A stretch of 62,789 bases of DNA, filler included, from Basidiobolus ranarum (GCA_040143965.1; 31 parts of 31 records of this genome joined end to end with filler, not necessarily neighbours in it); one strand, 5' to 3'; positions 13,735 through 26,445 are shown, counted from the first letter of the whole stretch. Made by a program: numbers and translations. The notes: generated from the sequence alone by a model not told the origin.

Positions 13735-14249
13735 GCGAGTAAGAGTATTGATCAACGATAAGAAGGACTTTTGTACATTTTGTACAGACACGGACGACTC
13801 AGATTCAAAAGGATGTTTCCTTATACGTGCAAGAGCACTAATTTTCACAACTTGGATAACCAGATATGACTGTGAACTACTCACATGTTCTAAATTAAGT
13901 TTCAGCTGGAGAGATTCGTTAGATTCAAGGTTACGATAATCAACTCCTATAGAAGTATACAGGATTGGTCTTAGAATGGTGTCGATTTATATAAGCACCA
14001 TTGGCTTACTTCGTTTCTCAATACATCTGTCATCCAATGAATGTGCCTGCTGAGTCCACTTATTGCATTTGAAATGAAGATTATCTAAAACGCTTGAATG
14101 CTAAAAGTGAACTGACTATGTGGGTGCGTGAAGGGATCTCATGGAGTGTNNNNNNNNNNNNNNNNNNNNNNNNNNNNNNNNNNNNNNNNNNNNTTAATTA
14201 ATTAANNNNNNNNNNNNNNNNNNNNNNNNNNNNNNNNNNNNNNNNNNNN

Positions 14250-15784
14250 TATTGCTAAAGGGGATCAGCTGGAGCCAGAGCTTCCCATTAGGCACCATGC
14301 ACTTACTATTCAACAACATTCCAATACTACTTACTCAGCTATATAGTGGAAAATTCAATACAAATGAGCCATTCAAGATAGGATCAAAGTTTGAATTGAT
14401 TGGGAAAATGCTTGAAAACATCAAGATACCATCATATTTTATCAGGACTCCCATCAATATCCACTCATCTAGGCATTTATTCAAATGCAAAGACTGGAAG
14501 TATTGGATTTCTATATATTCAAGTGGAATTTTGAAAAGATTTCTGCCTGATGAGCATTGGCAATATTGAGGAGTTGTTTGTTGATATTGTTAATATATTC
14601 TTATGGCATCAACTGACATTGGCAGATCTCAGGCAGATACAGCAATTGTGCAAAGATTTTGTAATTGAGTATGAAAAACTTTATCACAGGTTTAAAGAAG
14701 ATAGATGGAATCTATGCCAGTATTCAATACATTCTCTGCTACATCTTTCACAATGCTTAGCAATTATATGCCCTTGCTATACATTCTGGGAGTTACTAAT
14801 GGACTGCACCTGTGGTGAAATGATGCTCCATGTGATATTGTCAGTATTACCATATGCTAGTCTGATTAATAATGTATCAGCAAAATCAGTGATGGATGTG
14901 ATCCAATGGGTTAAGCAGACTTGAGAGTATATCAACCTGCCAACAAAGGGCCCTTTTCAATGTGCTCACAGGTTTTTGCATTCTTTGAGCACAATAACAG
15001 CAATAAAGCCCAATCCATGGACACAGAGTAAGTACCTCTATAATTGGACTAATTTGCTTGTGTCATAATCTGAAGGTATTTTTAGGATAGCTTCAAGACA
15101 GACTTCATGGTGAGATAAATCAAGATACACAGTATTATTGTTTTAGCCATGGGGTAATCTATTCCTGCAATGACACATCTACTTGTGGCCGGACATTTGT
15201 TGACTGCAAGTTGGGGATGTATGGGCTGAATTCTTTACAGAAATTTGACAAAATCCAAGAGCTTATTCTCATTATGAATGGCAACAAGAGTCAGCTATTT
15301 GCCAAGTGTCAGTGCTATTCAAAATTTCACATGTTTAGCAATTTTTCCACCTGTTAGTTTGAGGGTAAAGCATATTGATGTTGTTGAGTTATATATAATC
15401 AATCAATTATGTGCATATGTAGAGACTAAACACAACAATATCCTTCTATTTTTTGATTCTCATTATGGCTAGAATACAAGGCCTGAATTATCTAAATTAA
15501 GGCATGCATATTAATTCAAATTCCTACTGCCATAAACCCAGTAATTTGCCATTAAAAAATTGTATTTTTGCAAAAATTGCCAGATACTGAATAATGCATA
15601 CCAAATTTGAGGATCACTATTTTAACATATATGAATACCATCCAAATACCATCAACAAACCACTGTCACACCATCAAAATCCCTGGCAGAATGCAAGCCA
15701 CTGATATTGTGATGGTTCTCTGATGGTTTTGCTCATTTGGAGGGTGGATCTAATCTGGATCAAATTGTTTTATTTTTGTTAGGG
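14250..15784 (+). mobile_element. CMC-like transposase 3' half (stop at 15472) and terminus A
   Basis: MHLLFNNI, FKCKDWKYW and HSLLHL motifs. Ends TATTTTTGTTAGGG (rc CCCTAACAAAAATA). Confidence 0.85.
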
Positions 15785-15953
15785 TTTGATTATTTTTGTA
15801 CATCCTTGTAGTGTGACACAACTGAGGGTGCTTTGTGGTGTTTGTGTGGCTTTTTGCTTTCCTTTAACTCTGGGGCCAATTTCAACACTTTGAAAAGTAC
15901 CAGTTGAGGTTGAAGAGCCAAGAGTTTTATTTGCTGGTGTTTTGGCTTGTTGA
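15785..15953 (-). pseudogene. CMC-like ORF2 internal fragment (target of the preceding insertion)
   Basis: TCCTTGTAGTGTGACAC.ACTGAGGGTGCTT is the reverse complement of positions 1-31. Confidence 0.6.
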
Positions 15954-16183
15954 TGTTAAAGTATTTGGGAGCCCATTGGAATTGGTTTGGAGAATTAGAG
16001 GAATTGGTGGTTTTCACTTATTGATTTATTGAGTAGAAAGTTGACATTTATAGTTTTGTCAAGATGTAAACAAACTAACATGTATAGTATGTTAAGGAAA
16101 GTCCCAGGAACATGTGTGCAAAGTTTGGGGCTTCTAGCACAAGTTTGAAAAATTGATATATCTGAGAACTTCTAAGTTGGTAA
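15954..16183 (-). repeat. Copia LTR family A, partial
   Basis: Matches 38905-39135. Confidence 0.85.
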
Positions 16184-16283
16184 NNNNNNNNNNNNNNNNN
16201 NNNNNNNNNNNNNNNNNNNNNNNNNNNTTAATTAATTAANNNNNNNNNNNNNNNNNNNNNNNNNNNNNNNNNNNNNNNNNNNN

Positions 16284-18217
16284 CTGATGAGACTTACTGA
16301 AAAGGAAGCGGCTTTGATTATTGAGGAGTGGAGAGTTAAATCCAGACTTAGCAACCAGGTGTTGATTGGTTTTCTGACACTTTTACACCAGTTGATTGGC
16401 AATTGTTGCTTGCCACAGACCTGGTACAAGTGGAAAACACTTGTAAATTGTATGACTTATAATTCTTCAGCAATTAAACTACCTGTATGTCCAAATGGTT
16501 GTTTGGCTTTCACCAGTGATCTGGAAAACCTGAAGTCATGTACTGTTTGCACAAAATTGGCAATCACTAAATCAAGTAAATACTGTTCATATTTGGCTTG
16601 CATATAATTGATTCCCCATCTTAAAATTTTGATAAAATCACCCAAATATAGATGATTGATTCAATACCAAAATACTTACCATAAAGCTGATGGTATTTCC
16701 AATATACTCAATGGATATCACTACCAGAATCTGACTAGTGGAAAACACTTGTAAATTGTATGGCTTATAATCCTTCAGTAATTAAACTGCCTTCATGTCC
16801 AAATGATTGTTGAGCTCTCACCAGTGATCTGGAAAACCTGAAGTCATGTACTGTTTGCACACATTTGGCAATCACTAAATCAGGTAAATATTCTTCATAT
16901 TTGGCTTGCATATAATTGATTCCCCATCTCAAAGTTTTGATAAAATCACCCAAATATAGATGATTGATCCAATACCAAAATACTCACCATAAAGCTGATG
17001 GTATTACCAATATACTTGATGAATATCACTACCAGAATCTGAAAAGTCAAAGTTTCTTTGAGAACACATATGATCATGCATTTGCATTGGCTCTGGACGG
17101 TTTCTCACTAAAGAAATATATAGTTGGAGCAGCTTGCAGGCCAATGATTTTAATCAACTAAATATTCCTCCTTCTGAACAGTATAAGAGCCATAAAATTT
17201 TGATACTATCCATCTTATCTAGACCTAAATCACTGGTGCTTATAGATAGTTTCTTGGAGCCTTTGATTGCGGAATTTGAACATTTATCAGATAGGGTTCA
17301 GAAGGGTGAATATTTTATTAAAGATAGTATCATTGTATGTATTGGTGACACACCTGCCATCAGTAAACATGGAGGTTTTTGTGGGCACAAGGCACTATTG
17401 TGCTGTAGATTTTGTCAAATCAATGAAGTTTACTCTATCAGGCATATGCATTACTACTATCCAAATACAACACTAAACTCCATGATTTTACTGTCAAGAG
17501 CCTGGTCAGATTTCAACATGATCACTGATATCAATTCACCAGATAGTCAGTCTGACATAACACTTGGTACTAGCTGTAAGCCTAAGATTATATTGCTAAT
17601 GGGGATCAGCCAGAGCCAGAGCTTCCCATTAGGCACCATGGACTTACTATTTAATAACATTCCAAACTACTTAATCAGCTATATAGTGAAAAATTCAATA
17701 TGAATGAGCCATTCAAGATAGGATCAAAGTTTAAGTCAATTAGAAAAATGCTTGAAACCATCAAGACATCATCATACTTCACCAGGACTCCCATTAATAT
17801 CCACTCATCTAGGCATTTCTTCAAATGCAAAGACCGGAAGTATTGATTTGTGTATATTCAAGTGGAATTTTGAAAAGATTTATGGCTGATTAGTATTGGC
17901 AACATTGGGAGTTGTTTGTCAATATTGTTGATATAATCTTATGGCATCAACTCACATTGGCATATCTTGGGCAGATACAGGGACTGTGCGAAGATTTTGT
18001 AATTGGATATGAACAACTTTATCATGGGTTTAAAGAAGATGGACCAAATCTATGCCGGTATTCAATACTATTGCTGCCGGATCTTTCACAATGCTTGGAG
18101 ATTATAGACCTTTGCTATACATACTGGGAGCTCTCAATGGAGCACACCTGTGGTGAAATGATGCTCCATGAGGAATTGTCAGTATTACCATATGCTAATC
18201 TGATCAACAATGCATCA
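16284..18217 (+). pseudogene. CMC-like transposase pseudogene with an internal ~308-bp tandem duplication
   Basis: Same Tnp2-like motifs. 16431-16734 is repeated at 16739-17042. Confidence 0.85.
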
Positions 18218-18317
18218 NNNNNNNNNNNNNNNNNNNNNNNNNNNNNNNNNNNNNNNNNNNNTTAATTAATTAANNNNNNNNNNNNNNNNNNNNNNNNNNN
18301 NNNNNNNNNNNNNNNNN

Positions 18318-18677
18318 TACCCTCAGCTTTAGGGTGAGTACTTAGATATTGGATAAATGATCTATATTTGGGTAAATTCATCAAAACTTTAAGATGGGGA
18401 ATCAATGGTACATACGCCAAATATGAACAATATTTACCTGATTCAGTGATTGCCAATTGTGTGCAAACAGTACAAGACTTCAGGTGTTTCAGGTCACTGG
18501 TGAAAGCTAAACAACCATTTGGACATGGAGGTAATTTAATTACTGAAGGATTATAAGTATTACATTTGCCAAGTGCTTCCACTTGTATCAGATCTGTGGC
18601 AAGCAACATTTGCCAATCAACTGTGGTAAAGGTGAAAGTAAATGACTAAATGCCTGGTTGCTAAGATTAGATTGAAC
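18318..18677 (-). pseudogene. CMC-like transposase 5' fragment
   Basis: CPNGCLAFTSDLK..CTVC motif. Confidence 0.8.
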
Positions 18678-20250
18678 CCCTAACAAAAATAGAATTAATT
18701 TGAATGGGATTGGATCCACCCTTGTGAAGCACAAAGCCATCAGAGAACCATCACAATGTTGGTGGCTAGCGTTCTACCAGGGATTTTGATGGTGTGATGG
18801 CAGTTTCTTGATGGTATTTTGTGGTATTCATACATGTTAAAATAATGATTCTCATATTTGCATGTTTTATTTATTTCAGGCAATTTTGGCAAAAATATAA
18901 ATTTCAAATGGCAAAGTATTGGGTTTACTGCTGTGGGAATTTGAATTCATATGCATGCCTTTATTTAGATATTTTTGGCTTTGTATTCCAGCCATAATGA
19001 GAATCAAAAAATACAAGAATCTCATTATGTTTAATCTCTACATATGCAAATACTTAACTGATCAGACATTACGCAACAACGGTAACATGCTTTACCAGAA
19101 AACTAATGTTGGAAAAATTGCTAAACATCCAATATTTTGAATAGCACTGACACTTGGTAAATAACTGACTCTTGTTACAGTTCACAATTGGAATACACTT
19201 TTGAATTTTGGCAAATTTCGGTAAAGAAATCAGCCATTATATCCTCAATTAGCAGTCAACAAATGTCCTGCCACAAGTAGATGTGTCATTGCTTGAATAG
19301 ATTAGCCCAAGGCTAAAACAATAATACTGCATATCTCCATATATCTCACCTAGAAGTCTGTCTTGCAGCTTTCCTAGAAATACCATCAGAATATTACACA
19401 AACAAATTAGTCAAAATTATAGAGGTACTCACTCTGTGTCCATGGATTGGGCTTTGTTGCTATTGTTGTGCTCAGACAATGCAAAAACCCATGAGCCCAT
19501 TGAAAAGAGACCTTTGTTGAAAGGTTAATATACTCTGGAGTCTCGTTAACCCATCACATTATATCTTTCACAGATTTTCAAAAAATACAAGAATCTTGTT
19601 ATGTTTAGTCTCTACAAATGCACATATTTGACTGATTAGACATAACTCAATAACATCAATATGCTTTACCACCAAACTAATGGTGGAAAAATTGCTCAAC
19701 ATCTGAAATTTTGAATAGCACTGACACTTGGCAAATAGCTGACTCTTGTTACCATTCACAATGAGAATAAGCTCTTGGATTTTGGCAAATTTCCGTAAAG
19801 AATTTAGCCAATATATCCCCAACTTCAGTCAACAAATGTCCTGCCACAAGTATATGTGTCATTGGTTGAATAGATTACCCCATGACTAAAATAATAATAC
19901 TGTGTATCTCCATCTATCTCACCAAGAAGTCCATCTTGCATCTTTCCTAAGAATACAGTCAGATTATCACACAAGCAAATTAGTCCAATTTTCAAGGTAC
20001 TTACTCTGTGTCCATGGATTGGGCTTTGTTGCTGTAATTGTGCTCAAACAATGCAAAAACACGTGAGCACATTGAAAAGAGTGCTTTGTTGGCAGGTTAA
20101 TATACTCTGGAGTCTCCTTAACCCATTGGATTACATCCATCACTGATCTTGCTGATACATTGTTAATCAGATTAGCATACGGTAATACTGACAATTTCAC
20201 ACAGAGCATCATTTCACTGCAGGTGCACTCCATTGGGAACTCCCAGAATG
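18678..20250 (-). mobile_element. CMC-like terminus A and two joined transposase 3' segments (junction near 19580)
   Basis: Begins CCCTAACAAAAATAG. 19005-19566 and 19582-20140 are homologous. Confidence 0.85.
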
Positions 20251-20350
20251 NNNNNNNNNNNNNNNNNNNNNNNNNNNNNNNNNNNNNNNNNNNNTTAATT
20301 AATTAANNNNNNNNNNNNNNNNNNNNNNNNNNNNNNNNNNNNNNNNNNNN

Positions 20351-20831
20351 GTGCAGATATCTGGGAAGAACTTAATACAGAGTGGCACAATATTGCAGGG
20401 TATCCACCAGATAGCTGGAAGAATGTTGATTCAGCAACGTTAATACAATGGTGGGCTTTGAAGGAGATATTGACACAAACTTGTGTTGGGTATGAGCTAA
20501 ACCTTGGGTATGAAGAACTCTATAAAACTATTCAGGAGAATATATCAAAGATACTAGGGATTTCAAAGGTGACAAATTAACATTCAAGTGGTAATTGTGT
20601 AAATTTGAGTTATGTTTTTTGCACATGTGTTGATCCATAGTTCACTGAGATTTTAGCCAATCATGTGCAACTATTTTGCGAAATCTTGAAATTTCACTCC
20701 TGAAACTGAAAAAATTGATTAAAATCAAATCTAACTTGACAATTTTATGACAGTTAGTAAATGGTCAATCCCAAATGGATTAAAATTGTGACAGTTTTCC
20801 TATGATAACAATCCTCAAATTTCTGTTAGGG
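20351..20831 (+). mobile_element. CMC-like ORF2 3' end and terminus B
   Basis: Matches 159-639. Ends TTTCTGTTAGGG. Confidence 0.85.
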
Positions 20832-22282
20832 GCATGTTAATGCCTTCCAAAGTGGATAGTGGATTGCTAGACTGCTCATCAATTAAGTCCTCCATTCTTG
20901 CTGGTTTTTTTCCTTTTGTGCCCACAGGCTTCGGCTTGGAAGCAAATTTTGACTTAGATTTTGAATGCTTTTTGAATGGCATTGAAATTTTCAGATGGTA
21001 AACTTGGTGTAATAAGATTGCTTACAAACAACTAATAATAAACCAAAATTGCCATCCATTACCAGAAATATCTTGTAAATTGCCTGATCACTCATCTGTG
21101 ACACCATCTCAGAATCAGCGGATGGTATTGATAGGCTATACCTAAAATACCACCCTTATGTGGGAATTGTTCTTTCTTCTACAATATCCTTCTCATGCTG
21201 CAACACAAATGTTTAAAGAAGCCCTGGTATTATTGTCACAAATTCTTGTGCTCTGAAAGCCAGAGGCTTCATAGAGAAAATAATGACAAGCATGGTCACT
21301 ATACAATACCACCAGCTTCATAAAGCCTGGTGAATAACAACAGTAATAAGTGTACTTAATCAACTTTAGTTTTGCCCATTGAGTCCACTGACTGCAGTTT
21401 GCCTCCAAGTTTTGGTAACAAAGCCAAAAGTCAAGATACCATTAAGTTACCACAGTTATATGACCAGTATGATGTAGGTCATAATGCCACTTTGGTTGAA
21501 CCAATAAGTCTGGAAAACTTTGAGGACTAGCTGCTAGATGTTGACCTTGGTTATTCCAGTACCAATGGTAGAATATCAGAAGTTGAAGAAGAAGAGGACA
21601 GTTTTGTTATGGACTCTTTGTTAAAGGCAACTATTAGTCCACTCATAACACTTACAGTAACGGAAGCAGCTTTGATCATTGAGGAGTAGAGAGTTCAATC
21701 CAATCTTAGCAACCAGGTGTTTATTGGCTTTCTTACAATTTTACAACAGTTCATTGGCAACTGTTGCTTGCCACTGACCTAGTAAAAGTGCAAAACACTT
21801 GTCAATTGTATGACTTTTAATCTTTCAGTAATTAAGCTACCTTCATGTCAAAAACAGCTGTTTGGCTTTAACCAGTGATCTGAAAAAACTGAAGTCATGT
21901 ACTGTTTGCACACAATTAGCTCACACTGAATCAGGTAAATATTGCTTATACTTGGCTCACATACCATTGATTCCCAATCTTAAAGTTTTGATGAAATCAC
22001 CCAAATATAGATCATTGATCCAATACCAAAGTACTTACTGGAAAGCTGATGGTATTACTGATGTACTTGATGGATATCACTACCAGAATCTGAAAAGTCA
22101 AGGTTTCTTTGAGCACACATATGATCATGCATTTGCATTGGCTCTGGATGATTTCTCACTAAACAAATATTCCGTTGGAAAGGCTTGCTGGCCAATAATT
22201 TCAATCAACTTAAATCTTCCTCCTTCTGAATGGTATAAGAGTCATAATATTTTGATACTATCCATCATATCTGGACCTAAAT
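20832..22282 (+). mobile_element. CMC-like element centre: ORF2 start (ATG 20982, -), 212-bp spacer, transposase 5' part (ATG 21195, +)
   Basis: Same divergent layout as 6110-8045 and 49543-50655. Confidence 0.8.
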
Positions 22283-23199
22283 NNNNNNNNNNNNNNNNNN
22301 NNNNNNNNNNNNNNNNNNNNNNNNNNTTAATTAATTAANNNNNNNNNNNNNNNNNNNNNNNNNNNNNNNNNNNNNNNNNNNNCTGGACAATATTCACCCT
22401 CTTCTCGTGCTCCTTTCCGCAGCAGCTTTAAACTCCCTGATGGGGTCCCTTCTGTGGGTCCCATTCGTCAACCAAGGGGACCAGATCTTGATCGAAATTT
22501 CGCAAATCGTAGTCGTAAAGTGATCCTTAGTAATCTGAATCCTACTTTCACACTCACTCCAGCAGAAAATAACACCGATCAAGCTGTTCAATTAACCGCT
22601 ATTGCACCTGTTTATTGATGCCAAAGTTTGTGACATCGTTTGTGAGATATACCAACAATATCCGGATGATCTATAAACATCTCACTTTTCCCTTCCCTTC
22701 CCTTCCCTTCCAACCAGCTTACTGTATCTAGATGTGTATTTAGGAACGCTAAAGGCTATGTTTCGACTTAACATATGTATTTGTAGTTGGTCGATTTAAA
22801 GACAGTTCCAGGTGTGGGAAATTTCAATATTTTTTTACACATTGACAAATAAATCGACTTATTTATTGAATATTTTCTAACCCTAACTAGTGCATCAGTG
22901 AAATTCAAGCAGTTATGAAAATAGAGTTACTTGATATTACTATTTTATTTGTGTAATGAAGCATCAACATCGAAGTTATGATGCATACTAGAGAATATTC
23001 AAGAACCTACAATTCCGTATCTATGTTAATGAAAGAAGAGGGGGAAATATACCACTACATTCTATATAGGATAGGTGTAAAAGATAGAATGGGAACTCAA
23101 GAGAATACCAAGCAATCAATGTACATACTCTTGCGTAAAGATTCGACAACTAACGGAACATCCACTTGGTCAAAGTTTTCTTCGAATTAAAGTCTAGAT

Positions 23200-23605
23200 T
23201 TAATTAGGTATACTTTCTTCTAGATACTTTTTTATCCGTAATAACATATCGGCTTTTATATCCTCCGGAACAGTACCTCTGGCATGGGGAGTGATTTGGG
23301 ATACCATCTCATTAACTGTAACTCCAGTAACTCCATCGGTCTTTAACTTCTCTTTAACTATTTCTGAACAATGAGCTTTGATACTCTCTAGCCAACCACA
23401 TTCGCGTAAACGTTCTTGTAATATAGATTGTAACCTGATAAAGTGTCAATATAAAATAAGCTTGGTAAGAATGGAGTGAAAGTAAACAAGACTGATTTAG
23501 GGGAAATTTTGAAGAGCCTATGTAGTACCTGTCTTTTTCTCCAGACTCGGTAAACTTTTGACAAAGTGACATACGTATTTTCTCTTCGTCAGTATTCCCA
23601 GCCAT
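23200..23605 (-). CDS. SUS1: Transcription/mRNA export factor Sus1/ENY2 (exons 23605-23529 and 23434-23200)
   Basis: Spliced product of 103 aa: ...QKFTESGEKDRLQSILQERLRECGW...KAHC...ITPHARGTVPEDIK...RIKKYL, matching the ENY2 pattern. Intact frame and GT-AG intron. Confidence 0.9.
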
Positions 23606-24111
23606 ATTCTTAGGGTTTCCTCTAGAAGTTATACAATTTAAGGTATATATATATATATATGTACGTGCGTGTGTATATGAGTGTGTTTATGTATGTATCT
23701 ACGTGTGTGTCCACGTAAGTTTTGAACCAAGCGAGAAAAGGATTAAGGAGTAATAATAAATTGATCGATTGAATAAAATTTGAAGAAATTCCAATCCATT
23801 ACTATCATATTTCTAATCATCTCGATAATTGTTTTTAATAAAACAATCAAAGCACATAATATAATAATGTCGTTCTTTAATTTCAATAAGAAAGAGGAAC
23901 ATTCATACAATTATTATACTGTTGATATTGAAAGATTGGTAAGAGGATGAAGAACAAAAGTATCCATAGGTGTGTATCTAGTTGTGAAACTACGATAGAG
24001 GGTTCTATAAAGAATAGGTGAATAAATCGTTAGATTGAATACAGTTTCTAGAGGCGGTAAGAATCCACTCATTATTCCGTGATAGAGTGAACGAATAAAA
24101 ATTTCCAATAA

Positions 24112-24314
24112 TCAACAACATTTGCCACCTCCCGAAGATGAATTAGCGGCGTTACTGTTTGCGCCTGAGTTTGAAATTCCAACTTTGATCCCATGGGACT
24201 ACACAATAAATGTAAATGAGAATCAACCAGCAAGCGGTATATGAGTAACAAAAGATATACCTCATTTTTAACATTGAGCACACCAGCTTGGATCCTTGCG
24301 TAGATTCTTTCTGC
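24112..24314 (-). CDS. Rab GTPase C-terminus, Rab2-like (last two exons; intron 24260-24199)
   Basis: AERIYARIQAGVLNVKNE-SHGIKVG...GGGKCC* resembles Rab2 IY.KIQ.G...NE..GIK.G, with a CC prenylation end. Confidence 0.8.
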
Positions 24315-24414
24315 NNNNNNNNNNNNNNNNNNNNNNNNNNNNNNNNNNNNNNNNNNNNTTAATTAATTAANNNNNNNNNNNNNNNNNNNNNNNNNNNNNN
24401 NNNNNNNNNNNNNN

Positions 24415-24458
24415 CAAATCTTGGCCAGACCAATATTTGTCCCTAAAAAATTTCAACA
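24415..24458. mobile_element. tRNA-containing LTR-like repeat, terminal fragment
   Basis: CAAATCTTGGCCAGACCAATATTTGTCCCTAAAAAATTTCAACA matches 9527-9570. Confidence 0.8.
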
Positions 24459-26169
24459 CTTACAATACAGCAAAGCCTAGTCCAAGCAAGTATTATACAG
24501 GTCTAGTGGATAAGCTTAATACTTGGGATACTAGCTTAAATGTAGCTGTCTGTGTTGGAAAGCTTGAGAAAGCTGGATATATGGCCACAGACTTGATAAG
24601 ATGAGCTGTTAAGATTTGCTGACTGCAGTTACAACATTAGGGATCAAAATTTATGTGGGGATTTGTACTAAAAGTGACACAATGTCCTTTGACTATAAAA
24701 GTAGTGCCAAGATAGTAGTGGAAGTGATACCTATCCTAGTGTGAATCTAGGCAATAAAGGTAACTGAATGGGTCATCAAAGCCCAACTGGTGGTGGAAGT
24801 GGTGACAAATATGTAGCTCCTGCCAAAGTAGTTATGAAAGCCCAAACAAATATTGCGATTCTAATACCACTCCTGTTGGTGATAACAAAGGCAGCAAGGA
24901 TAAGTACCCAAGGTCTATTGCTAAATAAGAAAACTAAGTTTGAGCTTGGAGATCATCACAGTGAAAAGCAATCCAGAATACTTTTCCAATGCTAGCCTTG
25001 AATTTCTTGCTTGGTTGCATTCTTCATCAGCAAGGATACAAAGATATCAAACTAAACCTTGGTCTGCAAATGTTAAAGTAATGATTGTTATTGAAATATA
25101 ATTGTAAGCCATGATTAAAGAGGAGCTTATAACTACTGCTACAGCTTATACAGCCCAAGATTTCTTGGTTTTCAGTCATTATATGTTTGCTGATCTGACT
25201 TAAGTATTAGTTCACTACACTTAGTAAAGTTGATTGGGATGTGCAAGTGTATAGACTAACCTATAATTCCCAAATACTTTTCCAAGTAGTGTGTTACAAT
25301 AGTCTTTTTATCTGCATATATGAATAAATAGTTTTTTATCCACATATATGAATCAAATTTGGAGCATGAGCAAATATACAGGGTCAGTTGGAGTCATCTC
25401 CCTCTGAAGATCAACAATCTTCCCCTTCACTTTTAAATATTGCTCAGCTGTAGCCTGATCAAGAATTGTTAGATCTAGCAAAGGGGGAGTCATCAAGTAA
25501 CAGCAATGCAATATCCAACTCAAATCAATTTGACCAAGCTCAAGTCACAGATCAAACCTTGTATCAAACTCAATCAAAGATAGCCTATATTCAACCAACA
25601 CTTTGTCAATATAGTGGATGGTACAAGAAATACTGAAAATACCACCATCACTATTGCATGATCAGATATCAGTGGCAACAGATACTAGCCTATAGCACTT
25701 ACAACCTCTAGTCCAATTGACTAAATTCACACCAGAAACTTGACCAAGCTTAATAACTAAGTTCTGAAATTTCAGACATTATGATTATTTTGGACAGAAA
25801 TTCAATATTCTGATATATAAATTAAAATAGACTTACAGGTCTAGAATACAGAGGTTTAACCAATAATCAAGTGCTTTGGGATCTACTAGCCAATGGGAAA
25901 GAACAACAATACAGCAGCAGTATTGACCAGAATCTCATTGCCAAGAAACTCTACTGAATGAATAAAGTACAGGGATATTAGTGACCAATTCCAAGATTAG
26001 AACATAGCCTCTATTGCTGAATAAGGAATTAGATTTAGGATTGTGATCCCAGTTGGCAGTGGTTGACCAAAGAGTGATTTAGACCAAATCCTTAACATGA
26101 TAGCCTTGACTGCCATATTGATATAATATGTGAAGAGACTTCATTCATTTAAGCCAACTATGTAATATG

Positions 26170-26344
26170 TGTTGAAAGTCTGGTGACTTGTGGTACAAGC
26201 AGTAATTCCCAAACAGGAAAATATGGAGTATGGTGACTACATCTGAACACCAAGTCTAAGGCCAATCAGTTGCTTGTATAGCTGAAATGCCAAAGTACCA
26301 TACATTGACAGACTAGGTTAAGGTTCCCTAGCAATATAGGCATA
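26170..26344. mobile_element. tRNA-containing LTR-like repeat, first 175 bp
   Basis: Starts TGTTGAAAG and is highly similar to 9288-9463. Confidence 0.85.
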
Positions 26345-26445
26345 NNNNNNNNNNNNNNNNNNNNNNNNNNNNNNNNNNNNNNNNNNNNTTAATTAATTAA
26401 NNNNNNNNNNNNNNNNNNNNNNNNNNNNNNNNNNNNNNNNNNNNC

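Noticed and set aside
13735-13884. N-terminal extension of ABZ1 in the ORF track
   Set aside because: Relies on a non-ATG start. The first ATG at 13734 sits just before the conserved GATase motif.
15779-15784. TTAGGG/CCCTAA as telomeric repeats (also near 22877)
   Set aside because: Single units only, explained as transposon termini or chance.
16287-18217. Many 60-190 aa ORFs as separate genes or a novel operon
   Set aside because: They are frameshifted pieces of one transposase, or antisense shadows of it.
22383-22640. Possible gene start on the minus strand
   Set aside because: CpG-normal sequence, but no recognisable motif or confident exon structure.
23644-23710. TA/TG microsatellite upstream of SUS1 and (TTCCC)4 near 22688
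   Set aside because: Ordinary short simple repeats.
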